DNA of 64,000 nt. It comes from a virus (taxonomy: Duplodnaviria; Caudoviricetes). Every line of letters begins with the position of its first letter. The first letter of the stretch is position 1. Below, piece after piece: positions 57,495 to 64,000 of this stretch. The translations under genes were made by a program, and so were the position numbers. The stretch lies in IMG/VR virus record IMGVR_UViG_3300009314_000001; one strand, given 5' to 3'. Below the pieces are notes generated by a model. That model was not told where the DNA came from and searched no databases. It was given only the letters and a program-made list of their open reading frames with translations.

Positions 57495-58135
57495 ATGGGT
57501 TGGTGTGACAAATAATCCTTGAAGCTGTAGATTGCTTATGTCTCGCCCATTGGGAAACAGGCGGGCTCCCTAGTAATGCTCCATCTGATTTAACAATTCC
57601 AGTAACCAGAACTAATAAGAGAGGGCAAACTCGTCAATATTGGAAATATCGTGCCCAAAGCCATAAGAATAATCATGTTACAGTATGGGTACGCACTGCA
57701 TTAGATAACTATATCTGGACCGCCAATCATGGCTTAGCATTATGCCAAGAATATTATAAGAGATATAACAAAGTCCATAAGACCGAAGAGCACTTATTGT
57801 GGTTCAAGACACATTCACCAGGCATCCCAAAAGGTTCTACCCCATTTAGACAAGCAGTAGCACGTGAACCAATCGACTGTGTCCGTGACGACGTCGTCTT
57901 AGCATATAAATTATATTATGCCTACTATAAGAGTCACCTAGCCAAATGGCGTCATTCAAGACCGCCTGGATGGTATTCTAAAATGCGAGATCTTATAGCG
58001 ATGAAAGCACCAGTATGCGTTGTAGAAGCCGCAGCATATGGTGGTAGTCATAAACCATTACCTCAAGATTCTATGAACTGCCAACATTTACCTAAGACGT
58101 GCCACACCCCTAGTGGAGAACAACTAATAAAATGA
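57495..58135 (+). pseudogene. pyrimidine-dimer DNA glycosylase-family gene with a disrupted 5' end
   Basis: AAGGAG-ATG GGT TGG TGT GAC AAA TAA (MGWCDK*). Another frame continues IILEAVDCLCLAH...HKNNHVTVWVR...NYIW...HGLALCQEY..RY.KVH...TPFRQA...AYKLYY...KW. Confidence 0.7.
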
Positions 58136-58138
58136 GCA

Positions 58139-58202
58139 CCGGCTGATCGGGGACATCCGTGACAGCCGGGGCTCGGATCACGGTGGGGTCGGGAGCCCAC
58201 CG
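58139..58202. terminator. two GC-rich hairpins between convergent genes
   Basis: CCGGCTG/CAGCCGG (58139-58169) and CGGTGGG/CCCACCG (58181-58202); no clear T tract. Confidence 0.45.
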
Positions 58203-58207
58203 GGACC

Positions 58208-58867
58208 TTAGTAGACTGCCTCCTCATATAAGCAGTCATTCTCGACCACAGGCAACTTAGACGGTATAACGTACTTCTTGCACTTCGTACTGTTATCCGC
58301 CTTCCTGAGATTCAAGCCATGTGCCCCGATTAAATCTCCGATTGATCTTGTAGGACCATGGTCATCAACACGTGCTTCATCCCTATCGAACCATTCTTCT
58401 ATTAGATCATCAGGAATAAGAGCGTATACCATTTTTGCAGTTATTATGCTGCCTACTTCATATACACCCTTATCAATCTGTTCTTGAAGCCACTCAGTAA
58501 TATTCGACAAGTTCTTACGTTTCCTAATTGGTATCCGTTCCTCCAGATCAGATAGATCTGTAGCCATGGTCGCACCCTTCTTAAATGACTCCGGGGCTCT
58601 CCATTTTCCGACACCACAGACCTCATCTAGTACGTTTGTTACTGACACAGCAGTAAACGCACCACTCACCTTAGAAAGCCGTTCAACCAACTTGGCAATA
58701 ACTTTTCCGCCTTCTCTGACGGTTTTGCCAACTAACAATTCAGCCATTTTGTCGCAATCTAAAGCTTCCTTGACTTCAGGAATCACAACAAATTTATCCC
58801 TATATCCAAGTGCAAGTCCTTTGACTTTGCTACCTAGATTAGAGACATCAGTAACAGTTTTTCCCAT
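58208..58867 (-). CDS. hypothetical protein
   Basis: 219 aa with an AAGGGG RBS. Confidence 0.75.
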   Translation of the reverse strand: MGKTVTDVSNLGSKVKGLALGYRDKFVVIPEVKEALDCDKMAELLVGKTVREGGKVIAKLVERLSKVSGAFTAVSVTNVLDEVCGVGKWRAPESFKKGATMATDLSDLEERIPIRKRKNLSNITEWLQEQIDKGVYEVGSIITAKMVYALIPDDLIEEWFDRDEARVDDHGPTRSIGDLIGAHGLNLRKADNSTKCKKYVIPSKLPVVENDCLYEEAVY

Positions 58868-58885
58868 TGGATATCCCCTTATGAG

Positions 58886-58938
58886 GTAGGTTTGATTCGG
58901 GGGAGGCTCGCTGCGAACTTCCGAAAACCCGAACCTAC
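58886..58938 (-). promoter_or_regulatory. long leader stem-loop upstream of 58208-58867
   Basis: GTAGGTT..CGGG / CCCG-AACCTAC outer stem and GGAGG/CTTCC inner stem. Confidence 0.45.
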
Positions 58939-58987
58939 TTTATAAATACACAGAAACACCAGAAGTACACAACCGGTATTATTCAGA

Positions 58988-59611
58988 TTACAGACTGATC
59001 TTCAGCTCATCACCAGGCTGACGTCTGTAAACTACCTCAAGAGCGGCCTTGATATGGGCACGATTAGTACCATCGAAATAGAGTGCTCTAGGATGCTCAA
59101 AATATACATTAAATTCATTCTGAGGTAATATAGCTAGGCCTCGTGGCCTACGTCCCAACCAAGCCTCAACATATGGCGGATGATCATCTATAAGGACTTT
59201 CCCATAATCTAGACTTTTGGCGACTACATCATCAGTACCAGTAACTACTCTGATTCCTATATCACCGGTCAAGGTTTCAGGAATCCTTCTATGGCACCAC
59301 TGAACTTTCTCTTGCCATGCTAAAGGACACCAAGACGGTCCTTTGGTAAGAATATGAATACTAAATCCTATTTCCTTAAGCATTTCCAGCACCATAAATC
59401 CAAGATGGAGTGTCTCCAATTCCTCCCACCATCCTGGTGTATTAACAATAGCCTTCCGACGCGCTTCAAGATGTCGTGGTAGACTATGAAGATCAGAATG
59501 CCGAAGAGTTTCACCAGGACCTGACATAGCCATAAGATCCCGATATAAGGCCTTTTCATAGTCAGCTAAAGTGCCGTCCATATCAACTAGTGCTATCTGA
59601 TTACCGTCCAT
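58988..59611 (-). CDS. HAD-family 5'(3')-deoxyribonucleotidase
   Basis: LVDMDGTLADY, ILTKGP, KVQW, VLIDDHP. Confidence 0.85.
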   Translation of the reverse strand: MDGNQIALVDMDGTLADYEKALYRDLMAMSGPGETLRHSDLHSLPRHLEARRKAIVNTPGWWEELETLHLGFMVLEMLKEIGFSIHILTKGPSWCPLAWQEKVQWCHRRIPETLTGDIGIRVVTGTDDVVAKSLDYGKVLIDDHPPYVEAWLGRRPRGLAILPQNEFNVYFEHPRALYFDGTNRAHIKAALEVVYRRQPGDELKISL

Positions 59612-60713
59612 CTCTCTTTTTGGCCTCTTGAACTTCTGATCGGAATCGAACTAAATCATCAACAGTTAGCTTCTTCAACTGTCTATCGTATAACCGTCTA
59701 ACCTCGGACAGCGTTAATTTCAATTCAGTAATACATTCGTTCCAGTCCTTTATTACCATGTTCTTCCCGTCCTTCTTATATGGTATAGAAGGAGGAAGAC
59801 TAAACCATATTGGAAACCTGAGATTGCGTAGTAATAATTGATTCTCAATAATACTCTTTTTACCAGCTATATCATTATCGGGCGAGAGTATTATTCTCTC
59901 CTTAGGACCTAATAATTTAATCTTTTTGACCTGATTAGGACTTAGTGATGCACCTCCTGAAGCCAGTACTTGCTCTCCCAATGTGTTCTGATCAAATATC
60001 GATTCGGTAATAATAACATATCTAGCAGGTTCAATATCATCAAAACCATATAAATAATCTGCTCTGCCACCCTCCATCTTCCCAGTAATATTATCTTCAT
60101 TATCATATTCATATAAATCCGGGAATTCAAATCTCTTATTAATCCTCGATCGGCTTTGCCAATATACTAAGTCATCGAATTCATAGTATGGCCAATAAAC
60201 ATCCATCCCTAAGTAGTATAATTCGTGAGTCTCTATCCCCTCGTCAGTATAACCTCTAGACCGCAACCAACCCTTCAGAATATTAGCTTGAGGATCTTCC
60301 GCCGACCAAAGTAGCCTCGTGCCCCCAGGAAGGCTTACGGAAACGGTTTTCTTGGCCTCTGAGGCACCGGGCCGGTTTTCGGGCCTCATGTAAAGAGAAA
60401 CGCTCCCCGTGTCTCCGAGAACCTCGGAGAGGGCATCCTTCATAGAGCATTTCCGATAGACCCGGACGAATCTGATAAATGAGCAATTACGCTTACCAGT
60501 CCTAGGATTTATTGGACCGGCCCATTCATCCCCATGCCAAGAGTGGCAGACACCTTTATCAGGATTTATTTGGAAGCGGAATCTTGTATCGCCGTCGAAT
60601 GGGTCGCATATTTGATATTCCGCACCACCTTTGCGTACTTTATACTCGAAGTTTCGCTCTACCCAAGCGATAATTCTATTCGGTGGTATTTTCTTGTAGG
60701 CATGGTCAGGCAT
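59601..60713 (-). CDS. DNA primase (DnaG/gp61-like, Toprim)
   Basis: WLRSRG, YWQSRS, IITESIFD, LSPDNDIAG, KDWNE. Start placed at ATG 60713. Confidence 0.85.
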   Translation of the reverse strand: MPDHAYKKIPPNRIIAWVERNFEYKVRKGGAEYQICDPFDGDTRFRFQINPDKGVCHSWHGDEWAGPINPRTGKRNCSFIRFVRVYRKCSMKDALSEVLGDTGSVSLYMRPENRPGASEAKKTVSVSLPGGTRLLWSAEDPQANILKGWLRSRGYTDEGIETHELYYLGMDVYWPYYEFDDLVYWQSRSRINKRFEFPDLYEYDNEDNITGKMEGGRADYLYGFDDIEPARYVIITESIFDQNTLGEQVLASGGASLSPNQVKKIKLLGPKERIILSPDNDIAGKKSIIENQLLLRNLRFPIWFSLPPSIPYKKDGKNMVIKDWNECITELKLTLSEVRRLYDRQLKKLTVDDLVRFRSEVQEAKKRDGR

Positions 60714-60751
60714 ACATTTCAAATACCCTGACAGTGCCTAGCATGATTAGA

Positions 60752-62509
60752 CTAACGATCAGGAATAGTTCGAACATCTTTAGTATCTCCATTAGGATCT
60801 ACAGCAGTTGGTAGGATTTCTACCTCTTCATCTAGTACCACTTGTGCGACATATAAGTTTCTACCATTAATCACTGACATCACTCGAATGTTGATGTCAA
60901 TTTCTTCACCATCCTTGGTGACCATTTTGCCAGAAACTTGTATGATGCCGCCTTTATTTAATTTTTCCAGAAGATCCGGATACGTCATTCCTATTTGGTG
61001 TCTCTCGAATCTTCCTGGGGGGATTATTAGGTCAAGCTTTCTACCTATAGCTTCACCTTCTGTCCACCCAAGTAATTTTTGAGCACCATCATTCCACATA
61101 GCAATCGTACCATTCTTAGCATCACAAATAATATATGCTGTATCACTCATTTCAATTATTCTACGCCACTGATCTGCTCTCTTATTAGCCCTGTATATTG
61201 TTATGACTTGCCATAGGTCTTCCATCAAGAAAGTAACTTGCAAGACGTCATCTTGCGTATACGGTTTCTTCTTATTCCCAAGTCCTATAATTAGTCTACA
61301 TTTCCCTTCAGTAAAAACTGGTACAGACATATATCGGCTCAATACTACTTTATGCTCTGCAGGGTGCTCTGCATTTTCATCCATAGGCTTGCCACCAAAG
61401 TCATTGTTAACGTATGCCTTTTGTGTTCGAAATGGAATAGCCCATTGTGCTTCCCTTGCGATACCTTCTGCAATATCAAATTCAGCACGATCATTATGTA
61501 TCTTATAATCCAACTGCATATTTTCAGACCAAACAGCTACTGTCACCGTATTTTCATCATTTTCATGAACATAGCCTATATAACCATACCTACTACCAGT
61601 CAAGCGAATACATTCTTCTAGACAAAAATCCTTCAAACTCGCCTCAGTATGTGTACCAACATGGCTGTATAATTTAAGAGAAGCTTCTAATCTCTCTTGC
61701 GTTATACTAATCCTAACATCATTCACTTGTGCCACATGTAAACTATATCCAAGAAATGAAACCAAAAAAGCAATGATAAGAATGATTATAGCAGATGATA
61801 CTTTGCGTAATGTGTTTTCAGGCTTCCGCTTACGCGATTCATGTCTATCGTGGAGCCGCTTAAAAATCGGAGTAAGAGCACGAATGAACACAACAGAACC
61901 AACAAGTATGACCAAAACAGCAAAACTTGAAGCAATAACACCAGCCCTAATAAAAGGACTTCTGATTTCAGCAATATCCATTTTCGCCACTAATCCAAGA
62001 TCGCAACAAATCATATCAACGGGTTCATATGCTGCAAGGACATATACACCTCTATAATCGCGACCTACCATGGAACCAGAGTGACCATTTAGAACCATTT
62101 GCATAGGCTCAGCATAATTAGATTTTAAAGCTATGATCTTACGATCTTCTACACCTGTATGGCGATGACTAAGTAGAAATACTATATCACTACCTTCTCG
62201 TTCTGCTAATGTAAATTCTCCAGTTTTGCCAAAACCATTATATCTCCGATGTGCTTCAGTAATTTGAGTCAATGCTGCTTCAGATGCTTCATCTTGATCT
62301 TCAATTTGACTATGAGAGAATTTAGCTATTGACTCCATTAATCTGGCCTGGCTACGAGAAGTCTCAACTAATCTACGCTCAACTTCATGTACTGCAGCAT
62401 TATACGACAACACTATCGAGACAATACCAATAATCAATGACACACAAGTCATAACTATTAGTAAAAAATAAAATCTTTTACGATCATCACGTATCATCGT
62501 TTGGCTCAT
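60752..62509 (-). CDS. membrane sensor protein: TM-Cache-TM-TM-GAF-PAS, with no kinase or other output domain
   Basis: GFGKTGEFTL...GRDYRGVYVLAAYEPV (Cache-like); YGYIGYVHE...RYMSVPVF...GLGNKKKPY (GAF); WNDGAQKLLGWTEGEAIG (PAS); ends 25-30 aa after the PAS. Start placed after GGAGG. Confidence 0.85.
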   Translation of the reverse strand: MSQTMIRDDRKRFYFLLIVMTCVSLIIGIVSIVLSYNAAVHEVERRLVETSRSQARLMESIAKFSHSQIEDQDEASEAALTQITEAHRRYNGFGKTGEFTLAEREGSDIVFLLSHRHTGVEDRKIIALKSNYAEPMQMVLNGHSGSMVGRDYRGVYVLAAYEPVDMICCDLGLVAKMDIAEIRSPFIRAGVIASSFAVLVILVGSVVFIRALTPIFKRLHDRHESRKRKPENTLRKVSSAIIILIIAFLVSFLGYSLHVAQVNDVRISITQERLEASLKLYSHVGTHTEASLKDFCLEECIRLTGSRYGYIGYVHENDENTVTVAVWSENMQLDYKIHNDRAEFDIAEGIAREAQWAIPFRTQKAYVNNDFGGKPMDENAEHPAEHKVVLSRYMSVPVFTEGKCRLIIGLGNKKKPYTQDDVLQVTFLMEDLWQVITIYRANKRADQWRRIIEMSDTAYIICDAKNGTIAMWNDGAQKLLGWTEGEAIGRKLDLIIPPGRFERHQIGMTYPDLLEKLNKGGIIQVSGKMVTKDGEEIDINIRVMSVINGRNLYVAQVVLDEEVEILPTAVDPNGDTKDVRTIPDR

Positions 62510-62837
62510 CATCCTCCTCCGACTCATCAGGAACCGGTTCAATATGGAGATTTATCTTCCCCTGAAAGAAAATCTTCATTAAATCAAGTGCCGTTGCCCC
62601 ACCTATTCCAGCTAGCCCACTCACGGCTAACAAAAATGGTATATTTCCTTTGCCTTCAAAGTAATTATACCACATTAAAGCAACAATTAATCCAATGATT
62701 CCACTATATAAGATAGACGATAAGACGGATCTGAGATTCAGATCTTCTTTACCTCTCAGTAAAGCTGCTAGTCCTCCAAGAGCTGCGACGCCGAAGGCCG
62801 ACATGAAGACTAGTATATGAGTAAGAGTCCACACCAT
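62487..62837 (-). CDS. holin, LydA-like, three TM segments
   Basis: AALGGLAALL, SGIIGLIVAL and SGLAGIGGATAL pattern; charged C-terminal tail. Confidence 0.7.
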   Translation of the reverse strand: MVWTLTHILVFMSAFGVAALGGLAALLRGKEDLNLRSVLSSILYSGIIGLIVALMWYNYFEGKGNIPFLLAVSGLAGIGGATALDLMKIFFQGKINLHIEPVPDESEEDDEPNDDT

Positions 62838-62871
62838 AAGTTAACCCAGTCATAAGTTAACCCAGTCATAA
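62835..62871. repeat. perfect 16-bp tandem duplication (CATAAGTTAACCCAGT x2.3)
   Basis: 62835-62850 equals 62851-62866, followed by CATAA; spans the holin start region. Confidence 0.95.
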
Positions 62872-62872
62872 A

Positions 62873-63364
62873 TTATCCTACACAAGCATGAAGGCACAAA
62901 CCATACACGAAAAGCCCAAACAAACTAAGTATGATACACCAAAAGAACACACACCTCCAAAACCTAATTTTCCTCTCCTTCAGCAACAGATAAGCTTGAA
63001 CAATAAGGGCATTTCCTATAAATTGCATATTCCCTTGACCCTTCCATAGGTATGTCAATGCTCCTGCATTATTAGCTTCCAGAATTAACTCAAGCTCTTC
63101 ACTACCTGAAAAGACGACAACAGGGGGACTTTTATGTCGTCTATATCTAATATATTCAATAGTTTGTTTAGGTGTTGAATCTGGCAGATTCAGATCTAAC
63201 AAAATCAAATCTGCATGTCTTTCACGTCCATGTGCATCATGTAGAGTACTAACAACCTCCAATGATATCAACTTATTCTTATCATTGTGTTCTAATACTC
63301 GCTGCATTAGAGCGATATCGACTTGTAAGTCCTCGACCCACAATATCTTCATCGATTTCATCAT
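62873..63364 (-). CDS. response-regulator receiver protein with a C-terminal transmembrane anchor
   Basis: VED, LLDLNLPD (phospho-Asp), VFSG and YLWK are all present; KERKIR then a hydrophobic 22-aa segment. Confidence 0.9.
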   Translation of the reverse strand: MMKSMKILWVEDLQVDIALMQRVLEHNDKNKLISLEVVSTLHDAHGRERHADLILLDLNLPDSTPKQTIEYIRYRRHKSPPVVVFSGSEELELILEANNAGALTYLWKGQGNMQFIGNALIVQAYLLLKERKIRFWRCVFFWCIILSLFGLFVYGLCLHACVG

Positions 63365-63389
63365 AGTCTCCTAAAGTGAGCTAGGAGCA

Positions 63390-64000
63390 TCATGATATCG
63401 TAAGAACAAATTTCCTGCTCACCCTAGTCGAACCATTCGGCAGCGTCAAAGTGATGTAATACCTATATGTCCCCTTTAAAAAACGAGACGTGTTGAGATC
63501 ATACTGGACTACCCACGGATTTGACCTATACGATCCTTGTCTGATACCAATCCTACATGCCTCAGCATCGGCAAGCAATTCATTGTGCTGAGTTTCTATC
63601 GTGATAGTCGGCTGCAAAAATGGAATGATAGGATTAACAAGATTGAAATTATAATCATACAAAGGCAAAGGCATAAGCCCAACCTCAAGAGGCCTCGCCT
63701 CAGGTGTATGAAATTTCTGATCTAGTGGTTCAAAACCAAACCGAATAGTCTGTAACCGATCGTCGCAAAACCATTCTTCTGGATAAACCCAAAACCGATG
63801 ACAACACCTTAATAACAATGGGTCATAGGTGTCCTCATCCATATCACAATCTGTAGCATCCGTACCTAACGCTCCACAAGGATTATCGGCGAAATAGTAC
63901 CAAACATCAAAATAGACATCAGGTACTTCAAAGTCCTCTGAAATAGCATAGGGAAGGTGATATCTGCCAGCTACCGGTGTATCATCCTCTGATGGCTCTG
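63390..64000 (-). CDS. hypothetical beta-rich protein, partial (frame open to the window end)
   Basis: No in-frame stop between ATG 63842 and 64000 (EPSEDDTPVAGRYHLPY...); C-terminal KGTYRYYITLTLP Ig-like strand pattern. Confidence 0.7.
   Translation of the reverse strand, partial: EPSEDDTPVAGRYHLPYAISEDFEVPDVYFDVWYYFADNPCGALGTDATDCDMDEDTYDPLLLRCCHRFWVYPEEWFCDDRLQTIRFGFEPLDQKFHTPEARPLEVGLMPLPLYDYNFNLVNPIIPFLQPTITIETQHNELLADAEACRIGIRQGSYRSNPWVVQYDLNTSRFLKGTYRYYITLTLPNGSTRVSRKFVLTIS

Noticed and set aside
58941-58948. Exact T4 late promoter TATAAATA on the + strand
   Set aside because: No + strand gene follows it; it is a single occurrence overlapping the minus-strand TGTATT motif.
1-64000. 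Stop-codon reassignment, as seen in some large phages
   Set aside because: Core genes are full length in code 11 and use TAA, TGA and TAG as real stops. The two broken genes need frameshifts, not readthrough.
1-64000. CRISPR array, integrase, transposase or reverse transcriptase/DGR
   Set aside because: No repeat-spacer series or diagnostic motifs were seen; the repeats found are simple tandem or coding repeats.
1-64000. Assigning a host taxon
   Set aside because: Polyproline lipoproteins and the Cache/GAF sensor style are suggestive, but nothing here fixes the host without database searches.

Overview
This window is part of a large T4-like (jumbo-type) myophage genome in the standard genetic code. 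Most genes lie on the minus strand. Head module: terminase large subunit, portal, a 1007-aa acidic core/scaffold-like protein, prohead protease, scaffold and a gp23-type major capsid protein. Tail/baseplate module: tape measure, gp53-, gp27/hub-, gp5-, gp25- and gp6-like genes. Replication and nucleotide genes: primase, UvsW-like helicase, intein-containing class II ribonucleotide reductase, HAD nucleotidase, RarA. A gp55-like sigma factor and five freestanding endonuclease-like genes are also present. The most unusual accessory content is: (1) a membrane-anchored receiver protein, a LydA-type holin and a kinase-less Cache-GAF-PAS sensor in one tight cassette; (2) a lipoprotein / papain-like protease / lipoprotein-M28 peptidase triad behind a putative late promoter; (3) a tRNA-like RNA with a 6/6 acceptor/T-stem and a double-length anticodon arm; (4) an amino-sugar/glycosylation cluster; (5) a capsid-protein fragment fused to a DUF2934-like motif. 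All family calls come from motifs recognised by eye, not from database searches. Several small indels and perfect tandem duplications may be assembly errors.
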